Assembly: GCA_016705125.1 (NCBI GenBank) | Contig: JADIYW010000025.1 | Location: forward strand, 6,722 to 70,721 | DNA length: 64,000 nt | DNA from: Bacteroidota bacterium | GTDB lineage: Bacteria > Bacteroidota > Bacteroidia > Chitinophagales > JADIYW01 | Direction of reading: 5' to 3' | Shown here: positions 19,090 through 29,900 of the stretch, one piece after another | Layout of the letters: each line of letters begins with the position of its first letter | Position numbering within the stretch: the stretch's first letter is position 1 | The notes under the pieces: model-generated | Database searches by the model: none | Told to the model about the DNA's origin: nothing | Seen by the model: the letters and a program-made list of their open reading frames with translations, nothing else | Position numbers and translations under genes: made by a program

Positions 19090-22068
19090 ATGAATATTAA
19101 TTTTTCTTTAAAAAAGTATGGGTTAACGGCCATTTTGGTCTTGCTCATAAGTATTGGGTCTTTTGCCCAAGTTGTAATTAATGGTAAGATTTTAGATGGA
19201 AAAAATGAGCCAATAATTGGTGCCACTATTTTAGTGAAAGGAACTGATTTGGGTGCAGCCACTGATTTTGAAGGCGCATTTTCTATTGAAGTGCCAGGAA
19301 AACCACCTGTGGTTTTGGTTGTTTCTTATTTGGGTTTTGAAAATAAGGAAATAACAGTTGACAAATCTACTTCAGATTTATTAGTAAAATTGGAGGAAGA
19401 AGCAAGTATTATGAATGAGGTTGTAGTTTCGGCTTCAAGGGTTGAGGAGAAAATATTAGAATCTCCTGTAACTATTGAAAAGTTAGACCCAACAGCAATT
19501 AAGCAAGGTTCATCAGCAGATTACTATGATGAAATAGGCAAACTTAAAGGAGTAACTACCGTTCAAGGTAGTATGACTTTTACATCTGTAAACACAAGAG
19601 GATTTGGCGGTATATCAAATACTCGTTTTGTTCAGTTAATGGATGGTATGGATAATGCAGCTCCACTATTAAACTTCCCTACTGGAAACGTAGTTGGTAT
19701 TGGAGAATTAGATATTCATAATGTGGAATTAGTACCTGGTGCTGCATCAGCACTTTATGGTCCAAATGCCTTTAATGGTATAATGTTGATGACAAGTAAA
19801 AACCCATTTGACTATCAGGGATTAAGTTTATTAGGCAAAGGTGGGTTTTCTTATTCAAAAGCTGCAAATGGAGCCGACCCAATGTATACTGTTGGCGTAA
19901 GATATGCAAAAGCATTTAAAGAGAAATTCGCATTCAAAGTTAATGCATCTTATTTTGGTGCGACAGATTGGAGAGCAAATGATTATATTACTGATAGAAA
20001 TACTGGAAGAAAGAACAACGTAAATCAACCGAATTTTGACGGCTTGAATACTTATGGTGATGAAAATAGAATATTTGTTCCATATCCATTCCTTGGCGGT
20101 ACGGCTACCTTGGAATCTTTAGTTGCAAATTTAGGTCCTCAATTGGCAGGCTTGTTGTTTAGCGATGACACTGTTGCTGCTAGTCAATATGTAAGAGACA
20201 ATATTACAAAATTAGCGCCTATTGATGTGAGACGCGATGGTTTTAGAGAAGAAGATTTATTAGACAACCAAAGAGCTTCTTCATTGAAAGGAGATATCGC
20301 ATTACACTTTAGACCAGGGAAAGATTGGGAAATCTCTACTGCATATAGAGTAGGTAGCGGAAATAGTGTTTACCAAGGAAGTGAAAGATATGCTTTGAGA
20401 AACTTTTTTCAACATTATGTAAAAGCCGAAATACAAGGAAAAAACTTGATGGTTAGGTCTTATATGTCTCAAACTAATGATGGAGATTCTTATAACTTAA
20501 CAGCTTTGGGTGTTTTAACAAATGAAAGATTAAAGCAAACATCTGCAGCTTGGGCACCTGAATATGTAGGGTATTATGCAGCAGTAAATCTAGCGTTGGC
20601 TAAATTGACAAATCAAAATCCATCATTTCTTTCAGACGAAGTAAGAAGTTTGGCGCATGATGTGGCTCATTTGATTGCTAATGAAGGTGTAGCTGAGCCA
20701 GGTTCACCTGAGTGGCAAGCAATAGTAGAAAAAACGCGTTCAGGTTTATTCCAAACACCTGGTGATGATGGCTTACCAGGAGCAGGATTTATTGACAATT
20801 CTAGATTATTTCATACTGAAGCAACTTATGATTTTACTAGTTTAGTAAAAGATTGGATGGGTATTTTGGTTGGTGGAAATCACCGTCAATACAGCTTGTC
20901 AACTCAAGGAACTGTATTTAATCAAGACCCTGAAGGAACAGGTGTTTTTGAAAGAATTAAAATAAACGAATACGGTGCATTTATCCAATTAACAAAAAAA
21001 TTCTTCCAAGAAAGATGGAAATTGGCTGCATCAGTTAGATATGATAAAAACGAAAACTTTAAAGGCATTGTTTCTCCAAGAGTTTCATCGGTAGTTACTT
21101 TGGGTGAAAAAAGAAATCATAACTTCAGGGCTTCTTACCAAACTGGTTTTAGAAATCCAGATTCACAAGCACAATTCATTTATTTCCCAACTACAAATAT
21201 TTTATTGGGTGGCACAAGAGCAAATGCAGAGCGTTATGGCATTTATGAAGGTGGTTCGATGACGCTTGAATCGTATGATGCATTTGTGTTAGCTAGCAAA
21301 TCAGGTGTCCCATTTGAGCAAGCAAAACAATTATTGAAAGTTACAAATCTTGATTATATCAAGCCTGAAAAATTAACTGCAATTGAAGTCGGTTATAAAT
21401 CTGCTGTTAAGAAATTTGTTGTGGATGTAAACGGATACTTCAATATTTATGAAGATTTTATTACTCAATCAAGTGTAGTTAGTATTGATAGTACAACTCA
21501 CCAAGGTAAAACACTTTATGGTGTAAATGATGTTTTTGCAGGTAGAGCAAGTTCTCCAACAACTTGGAGACCTTATGTGAATACAGCTGGGAAAGTTTAT
21601 TCTTGGGGTTCTGCAATTGGCATGAGTTATAGAATTAAGAAAGGATATGTATTTAGTGGTAACTATTCTTACCTTGATTTTAAAGCAAAAGATACTACAG
21701 TAATAATTGAAGATTTAGGATTTAATACACCTAACCATCGTTTTGTATTAGGATTAGGCAACAGAAATGTAGGTAATAATTTTGGATTTGATATTTCATA
21801 CAAATGGCAAAGTGCATTTGATTGGACAAGCGATTTTGCAAGTGGAGTAGTTGATAACTATGGTTCATTAGATGCAATGGTAAGTTATACATTTGTAGAA
21901 GCCAAAACACAATTAAAATTAGGTGCTACCAACCTTACTGGTACTAATTTAAATGGAGAAGAATTTAGAACAAATGTCGGCGGTCCTTTCATAGGACGTA
22001 CATTCTTCTTAGGCGTTACAGTGGATGGTTTATTTGCAGAACCTAAAAAAGCAAAAGCTGATTTATAA
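19090..22068 (+). CDS. TonB-dependent receptor with N-terminal CarboxypepD_reg-like domain
   Basis: 992 aa. Signal peptide, then VINGKILDGKNEPIIGATILVKGTDLGAATDFEGAFSIEV, a plug region, and a long beta-barrel. No SusD-like partner follows. Confidence 0.85.
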   Translation: MNINFSLKKYGLTAILVLLISIGSFAQVVINGKILDGKNEPIIGATILVKGTDLGAATDFEGAFSIEVPGKPPVVLVVSYLGFENKEITVDKSTSDLLVKLEEEASIMNEVVVSASRVEEKILESPVTIEKLDPTAIKQGSSADYYDEIGKLKGVTTVQGSMTFTSVNTRGFGGISNTRFVQLMDGMDNAAPLLNFPTGNVVGIGELDIHNVELVPGAASALYGPNAFNGIMLMTSKNPFDYQGLSLLGKGGFSYSKAANGADPMYTVGVRYAKAFKEKFAFKVNASYFGATDWRANDYITDRNTGRKNNVNQPNFDGLNTYGDENRIFVPYPFLGGTATLESLVANLGPQLAGLLFSDDTVAASQYVRDNITKLAPIDVRRDGFREEDLLDNQRASSLKGDIALHFRPGKDWEISTAYRVGSGNSVYQGSERYALRNFFQHYVKAEIQGKNLMVRSYMSQTNDGDSYNLTALGVLTNERLKQTSAAWAPEYVGYYAAVNLALAKLTNQNPSFLSDEVRSLAHDVAHLIANEGVAEPGSPEWQAIVEKTRSGLFQTPGDDGLPGAGFIDNSRLFHTEATYDFTSLVKDWMGILVGGNHRQYSLSTQGTVFNQDPEGTGVFERIKINEYGAFIQLTKKFFQERWKLAASVRYDKNENFKGIVSPRVSSVVTLGEKRNHNFRASYQTGFRNPDSQAQFIYFPTTNILLGGTRANAERYGIYEGGSMTLESYDAFVLASKSGVPFEQAKQLLKVTNLDYIKPEKLTAIEVGYKSAVKKFVVDVNGYFNIYEDFITQSSVVSIDSTTHQGKTLYGVNDVFAGRASSPTTWRPYVNTAGKVYSWGSAIGMSYRIKKGYVFSGNYSYLDFKAKDTTVIIEDLGFNTPNHRFVLGLGNRNVGNNFGFDISYKWQSAFDWTSDFASGVVDNYGSLDAMVSYTFVEAKTQLKLGATNLTGTNLNGEEFRTNVGGPFIGRTFFLGVTVDGLFAEPKKAKADL

Positions 22069-22086
22069 AAAGTAGATTAAATTATA

Positions 22087-22122
22087 AAAAAGGCTATCCG
22101 GTTTTGGATAGCCTTTTTTTTT
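22087..22122 (+). terminator. rho-independent terminator after the TonB receptor gene
   Basis: AAGGCTATCC-ggtttt-GGATAGCCTT stem followed by a T9 run, 20 nt after the stop. Confidence 0.7.
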
Positions 22123-22341
22123 CAGAAAATAGATTAGACTGCTTTTTAATTACCATTGGTTTTATAATCAAAATAAAGTTTTTTTCTCTGTCAATTCGAA
22201 ATTATTAAGTTGAAATGTTATAAAATGTATTATATTTCTAGTTGTAGCATTACAACAATCTATTCTATTTAGTTTTCTAACGGTTTAGTTAAAAAATCTT
22301 ACCTGATTTGAATATTTTCATTCATATAATTGCATGCAATT

Positions 22342-23289
22342 TTACGCCCCAGCTAAATCATTTTCATGCTCTGCAACAACTATAGTTTCCACCCAATCTT
22401 CATCTTTTACGGCGTGTTTTGACAACACTATTGGATTGCCTAAATAATCCATTCGCTTTGCAGGATATATATGTGCCTCAAACAAATAGGCCAATAAAGA
22501 ATTCCTATCCAATGATTTGTGTATATGTGGCGCGACCATTTTTTCATGAAATTGGGGTAACAAACTCCAGTGCAAACCTGGTTTTAGGTGGTGTGCGCCA
22601 TGAAAACCATTATTAAAAAGAAACCAATTTAATCCCTTACCTATAAAATTTCTACTGTGATTATATGGATGTGTTTCGTCACAACCATCATGTTGGAAAT
22701 AATTAGTTCCCACAATGCCCCAAGCAGCATACTGATGCGGAATTAAAATAAATAAAACCGCACACTTCCAATTTACTATAATTAACACGATTTTCAATCC
22801 TATTACTAAAACCATTTCTAATAAGTATTGGTTGAACCAAGCAGGTTTTTCTTTTCGCATCTTGTTGGCAAAACGAAGTTCACCCTTTAAAATATCACCA
22901 CTCATTATAAAGAAAAATAATAATTGGTTTAGTATATTTATTTTGAAGCGAGCTTTGCTTGTTCGTATTGCATCTTTTGTTGTCTGGGTGTATTTATGGT
23001 GACTAAAATTATGTCCTGGCACGTAGGCACTTGTTGAATGTCCGTAGGTGAATGCTAAAATAATCTGAAAAATCTTATTCCATCTTTTTTTCATAAAAAT
23101 GGGCACGTGAATACTATTGTGTACTATAACCGCGCAAGTAAAGGACAAGTAACAATTCAATATTACAAATAAAACAATCTGCCAAGTATTTAGCTCATTC
23201 CATAAAAACCAAGGAATAATGGCTGCTACAAAATAAAATGAAACTGTAAGTAGAGTTCGAATATCCGCTTTATATCTAAGCAAGGCCAT
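22342..23289 (-). CDS. membrane fatty acid desaturase
   Basis: 315 aa. Three histidine boxes (HNSIH, HNFSHH, HGAHH) in a polytopic protein. Confidence 0.8.
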   Translation of the reverse strand: MALLRYKADIRTLLTVSFYFVAAIIPWFLWNELNTWQIVLFVILNCYLSFTCAVIVHNSIHVPIFMKKRWNKIFQIILAFTYGHSTSAYVPGHNFSHHKYTQTTKDAIRTSKARFKINILNQLLFFFIMSGDILKGELRFANKMRKEKPAWFNQYLLEMVLVIGLKIVLIIVNWKCAVLFILIPHQYAAWGIVGTNYFQHDGCDETHPYNHSRNFIGKGLNWFLFNNGFHGAHHLKPGLHWSLLPQFHEKMVAPHIHKSLDRNSLLAYLFEAHIYPAKRMDYLGNPIVLSKHAVKDEDWVETIVVAEHENDLAGA

Positions 23290-23312
23290 AATAATAAATA
23301 TTAATTAGAAAA

Positions 23313-23648
23313 TTAAAAATCGGCCTTTCGCTGTTTTTTTTCCTCCACTATAAGATAAATATCTTCACTATCTCTTTTCATGTGGTATTTTTCTCGTCCA
23401 AATTTTTCTAAATTTTCCCAACTACTAAAAAGTTCTTTACGTTCCTCTTTTACTTTTTCTATTTCGTTGGTATAATAAGCTTTTTGATTGTTCAATTTCA
23501 TCAACTCCCGTTTTAGTTTTATTTGACCAGGAATATCGCTCCCATCCAAGAAAAATAAATATAAAACATAAGCTAATCCTACCAAAAAAAATTTATTTTT
23601 TAGAATCGCTGGTAACCTATTAAGCCAAGTAGAACCTTCGCCTGCCAT
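23313..23648 (-). CDS. septum formation initiator (FtsB/DivIC family)
   Basis: 111 aa. A single TM then a coiled coil. Conserved position next to eno. Confidence 0.55.
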   Translation of the reverse strand: MAGEGSTWLNRLPAILKNKFFLVGLAYVLYLFFLDGSDIPGQIKLKRELMKLNNQKAYYTNEIEKVKEERKELFSSWENLEKFGREKYHMKRDSEDIYLIVEEKKQRKADF

Positions 23649-23659
23649 TTTTTATTTGT

Positions 23660-25070
<1,411 letters not shown>

Positions 25071-25099
25071 ATATTTATTCAATTGATACATTAAACGAA

Positions 25100-25744
25100 T
25101 TATTTTCCTCCGTCTAGTTCATCTTGCCAAGCCTTAAGTTCAGCCCATTTACCTTCATAAGCCATTAATGACTGTTTAGGCCATGTACCAGGATCATGTA
25201 CTTGGTATTGTTCACCACCTCCATCAAGTATTGCTCTACAAGTTTCAAATGAAGCTTCAGATAGTCCTTTCCAAGTATTAATACCTGCCGCATGAAACAA
25301 TTCTTCAATTTTCGGCCCAATACCTTCAACTATTTTCAAGTCATCTTGCTTTATTTTTTTACCATATACACTTGCAGCTAAATCTGCATCAAATGGCAAT
25401 AGTGTAACTGATAATTTACTATTTCTACAAGCCTCCAAATCAGCTCTTAATTGAGCAATTGTAGCCAAGTCGGCAGAATTATCTACAGAAACATTTGCAT
25501 TAGCCCTTAAAGAAGCTAACTCCGCTTCAAGACTTCCAAATTTTGTTTTCCAACTGTCTACATCACCAGACAAACTATTACTCAAAGATAAATGCTTATC
25601 TCTGTCTTTTGTTAAGTTGCCTAATTGAATGCGTAAATCATCCGAATTGTCATTGCCTTTAGACAATAATTTTCCTAAAAGATATCCTAAAATGGCGCTT
25701 ATTAAACCAACTAAAAGTGGTATTAAAATACAAGGTATACACAT
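25100..25744 (-). CDS. membrane-anchored coiled-coil protein with C-terminal helix-hairpin-helix-like motif; function unknown
   Basis: 214 aa. Cys-containing N-terminal TM (MCIPCILIPLLVG), a central heptad-like region, and a C-terminal LKIVEGIGPKIEELFHAAGINTW motif. Confidence 0.4.
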   Translation of the reverse strand: MCIPCILIPLLVGLISAILGYLLGKLLSKGNDNSDDLRIQLGNLTKDRDKHLSLSNSLSGDVDSWKTKFGSLEAELASLRANANVSVDNSADLATIAQLRADLEACRNSKLSVTLLPFDADLAASVYGKKIKQDDLKIVEGIGPKIEELFHAAGINTWKGLSEASFETCRAILDGGGEQYQVHDPGTWPKQSLMAYEGKWAELKAWQDELDGGK

Positions 25745-25772
25745 AATTTATTGTTTTTTTGATTAAAATGAT

Positions 25773-26687
25773 TTATTGAATACTTACAACGGTTCTTCTA
25801 TTTTTTGCTTTTCCTTCTTCAGTAGCATTGTCTGCAATTGGCACATCTGGTCCTTTTGATGAACTAATTATTTTGGCATCAGGAATTCCATTCTTTACAA
25901 GATATTGCTTGGCAAAATCAGCTCTTCCTTGCCCTAATTTTATATTATTTGCTCTATCTCCAGTATTGTCTGTATGGCCAACCGCACTAATATTTGCTGT
26001 ACTTACATGATCTAAATATTTAACCATATCCGCCACTTTTTGTCTCTCTTCGGCAGTCAAATTTACATCAGATTGATTGGTATTGAAATATAAAATTAAT
26101 GGGTTTGCATTAATTTTCTCTTTTAAAGCATTCCAATCTTCACCGCTTTTTTCACCTGGTTTTGCTTGCATTATTTCTGACAAGGCAAAATCAATTGGAC
26201 CTAATACAGTATCAACATTCATAGCCCAAGCATCTTTTATTTGACCATCAATTTCCAACCTGTCAGAGGCAATCCCTTTAGAAATTAAATAATTTTTTAC
26301 ATCGTTGGCACGTGCAAATCCTAAATTGGGAAATGCTGAAGTATTTGTTTCTGCTGAAGTACAATAACCCGTAATGGTACATTTCTGATTTTTGCCTTTA
26401 GTAAGGAATTCACCCAATTGGTCAATACCAAAATTAATTGAATCACTTATTGGCAATAAGTGTCCAAATTCATTCTTAGTAAATCGAAAATTATCATAAC
26501 TTTCGTATTTTAACCCATCTCCATTTAAGTTAAAATTGCGATATTCTCCTGAACCATTAGCCTCTACAGCTACTTCTTGGCCAGAATTTGGATTTTTACA
26601 ACACCCACAACAAAACTTCCAGTACAAAAATGTACCTATAAGAATCGTTAGAAGGATGCCTAATAAGTAAGCAACTTTTTTTGACAT
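25773..26687 (-). CDS. OmpA-family (OmpA_C-like peptidoglycan-binding) protein
   Basis: 304 aa. N-terminal TM followed by FCCGCCKNP. C-terminal GHTDNTGDRANNIKLGQGRADFAKQYL...NRRTVVSI OmpA-like domain. Confidence 0.8.
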   Translation of the reverse strand: MSKKVAYLLGILLTILIGTFLYWKFCCGCCKNPNSGQEVAVEANGSGEYRNFNLNGDGLKYESYDNFRFTKNEFGHLLPISDSINFGIDQLGEFLTKGKNQKCTITGYCTSAETNTSAFPNLGFARANDVKNYLISKGIASDRLEIDGQIKDAWAMNVDTVLGPIDFALSEIMQAKPGEKSGEDWNALKEKINANPLILYFNTNQSDVNLTAEERQKVADMVKYLDHVSTANISAVGHTDNTGDRANNIKLGQGRADFAKQYLVKNGIPDAKIISSSKGPDVPIADNATEEGKAKNRRTVVSIQ

Positions 26688-26845
26688 ATTTATATTTTTT
26701 AGTTAATTAAACATTTTGCCCACCAATGATTGGGGTCTTTTATTGGGCAGGCATTTGGTGAAAAAACTTGTAATTGCTAATACAAGATTGCGGACATGCA
26801 AATAATTATTCCTTAATTTGAAATTAATGTTAATATTATATTAAC

Positions 26846-26879
26846 AAAAAAAAAGGGTATTGATTTAAAACCAACACCC
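26846..26879 (-). terminator. putative terminator after giant gene P1
   Basis: Minus strand reads GGGTGTTGG-ttttaaa-TCAATACCC (imperfect) followed by T9. It starts 27 nt after the stop. Confidence 0.5.
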
Positions 26880-26905
26880 AATTATTTAGTTAATATAGTA
26901 TAGCC

Positions 26906-29900
26906 CTATTCTATAATAACTAATTTGCCTAAATATTTTTCTTCTCCATTTGTAATCTCTATAAAGTATAGCCCCCTTGTAACATTTTCCAAAATATAAT
27001 TTTGTATATTTTCTCCTTCAAAAGATTCAAACCTATCTTCTTTAACCACCTTTCCTGTTAAATCAAAAATCCTTAATTGGCTATTTGAATTGGATTTTGA
27101 ATTAAACTTGATGCTAAATTCAGATTTTGCAGGATTTGGTATAATAGTAATTTTTTGTGGTGTCGTATTTATATTTGAAACTGTTGGAGATTGTTTTCCA
27201 ATTTCACCACCGCCTGATTGCAAGACATCTGTTTGGAAGACAAGTCCTCTAACAGGACTTAATCCCTCTTCTCCACAATCACTGGTGATGTCTACCTTAT
27301 AAGAATAAGATTTAGAAGCATCGGAGGCATTTAAACCCCTAATGGTAACCGAATGTTGGTCGCCAGGAACTGAAGTATTGTATGCTGGACCAAAAGTTCC
27401 ATCACGTAACACTTCTCTATATTTGACATAAAATGCTTCAGGCTTGCCTACAATATCCCAATAAATTAACACTTCTGATGGGGTTCGGGCATCCTTAATA
27501 GCGATCACACCATCTGGACCATTTTTACAATCTCCCCCTTCACCACCTAATCCATTTGGAAGTGTTACAAAACCCCATTGGCTCCAATATGAAGGTGGCA
27601 TGTCCTCATTACAATATGACCTTACTGACCATTGATATTTTTTACCTGGCACACAATTATAAATTGTTGCAAAATGCCCCCAATTATAAACATAATTCCA
27701 ATCTCCATTACCGCCATCATCTGGATCAATTCTATATCTTATTTCAAATTGTGATGCAGGAGAATCCCAATTACATTTAAATGCAGTGGAAGAAATTGCT
27801 TCTTCATGAAGGTTTGTTGGTGGATATAAATTACAAAATTCATTTCGAGTCCATATTTCTTTAAAGGCAGTATAATCCCCATAACCTCCATTTCCTGATG
27901 AGCAAATTGCTCTAATCCTAAATTTATACTTTGTATTTTGTACTAAACCATCTCGTATGTGTGTGATAATATCCTCCGGGCTTGCAAAACTAATATTAAA
28001 AGTCACACTACCAAAAGTTGGAGGAAATCCATCGCCTGCTATTGCGCTATATTCTATCTCATAATCTACAGCATTTGCAACTCTTTCCCATTGTAAGGTT
28101 ACTGCATTAACTGAATTACTTTCAAGTTGAAATTTATTTATATTAGGCGTTGCACAACCTCCGGTTGTAAATTTGGGTTGTCCACTCCAATCACTTTCCC
28201 CAGTAGAACAAATTGTTTTTACTCGCCAAAAATATTCTGTTCCTAATTCCAGATTACTTAAAGTTAAAACAGATGTGGTGGGTAAAATTTCATAATAATC
28301 ATACACTCCATTTTCACCTTTTTTAATTTCCAATACCCATTTAATAGGACTCCAACTATTGCTGGTCCAATTAAGAGTGGCTCCATTTGCACTTATATTT
28401 GTTACAAACAATGCACTTGGTGCATTTAGTGTACAATCATCTTTGGTAATAAACTCTTTTTCTACACTCCATGAGCTCGTATCAGGAGCCAAACAGACCG
28501 TTTGAACAATATATTCGTATTTCTTTCCTTCACCTAATCCCGTTAAATTTAGAATATTGCCACCAATATTTGTAGTCACCCAACTACCCATAGGAGGAGA
28601 TAATTTCCTATATTTTATATTATAAGAAACTGCACCAGGAACAGGATCCCAGCTAATTGAAGCTCCACCAATAACGTTTGACATGGCATTAATTCCATCT
28701 GGTAATCTGCAACCAATAGTAGTAAAACTTGATAAGTTACTAAATTCTGATTCCCCTGAAGGACAAATTGGTTTTACTTTCCACCAATATTTTGTTTCAG
28801 GTTCTAAATTTATGGCTTGATAGAAATTAGTGCTTACAAAATAAGTTAAACCAGTTGGATTTCCATCTTTTCTGATACTTACTTCGTATTGTGTGGCTTG
28901 ACTTATGGCCGTCCACTCCAATTTAGCAGCATTTTCAGTTATATTATTAGCTATTAAACCTGCAACTGGAACTAAAGTACATGGTGTTTTGACCACAAAT
29001 GTAGCAATTGGGCTCCATAAACTTGTATCTGGCGACTGGCAAATACTCTGAATCTGAAATTCATAAGTGGCACCATTGGTTAAAAAATTAATATCCAGCG
29101 CATTGCCCGCAGTACTATTTAATATCCAATTTTGAGTACCAACCAAACGGTATCTAATTTTATAATTAATAGCCACATTAATAGTTGTCCAACTTATAGT
29201 CCCTACTCCGAGTGCATTTGAAACGCCTTTGATGTTTGTAGGCAATACGCATTCATCCCATGTTTTAAATGATTTAAAAGAATCTGTAAAATCACTCTGA
29301 CTGGTGGCGCAATTGTTTTTTACTTTCCAAAAATAGGTAGTACCAGGAGTTAATCCTGTTAATTCTAAAAATGTATTCGTAATATTCAAATTTTTAATCC
29401 AAGTACTTGAGCCAACTGGTTTGTACCACAATTCGTATGAAGTAGCACCAACTGCTGCTGTCCAGCTTAATTTGGCTTTGGTGCTTGTGATATTAGAACT
29501 CACTAAATTTGTTGGTGGGTTAAAATTACAAGGTGTTAATGTTGTAAAAGGAAAAATAGGACTAAAAGCACTTGAGTCGGGTGCACTACATTTGGCTTGT
29601 ACTTTAAAAACATAATTTGTCCCTGGCAACAATCCAGTTAATTTGGTTGAATCATTTGCTACATATTTCGTGGTCCAGATATTGCTACTTGCAAGTTTAT
29701 ATTTAACTATAAAAAGCCCTACATCGCCTCCACCAGTTTTCCAAACCAAGGTAGCTTTATTTGTGCCCAAATTTTCAACTCCCAAATTTTTTGGTTCTTT
29801 ACAAATCGGATCAGTAATAAACAAAGTACTCGGACTACTAAAATCACTCGCAGATCCATCCATACAAATACTCTTTACTTTCCATAAATATTCTGTATTT

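Noticed and set aside
19056-19262. 68-aa minus-strand ORF overlapping the TonB-receptor start
   Set aside because: It is antisense to the receptor's signal peptide and CarboxypepD_reg region, and there is no supporting signal.
26700-26760. Partial palindrome tgcccaccaatgattgggg...attgggcaggca in the 5' region of the OmpA-family gene
   Set aside because: Pairing is weak and interrupted. No known riboswitch or regulatory motif was recognised.
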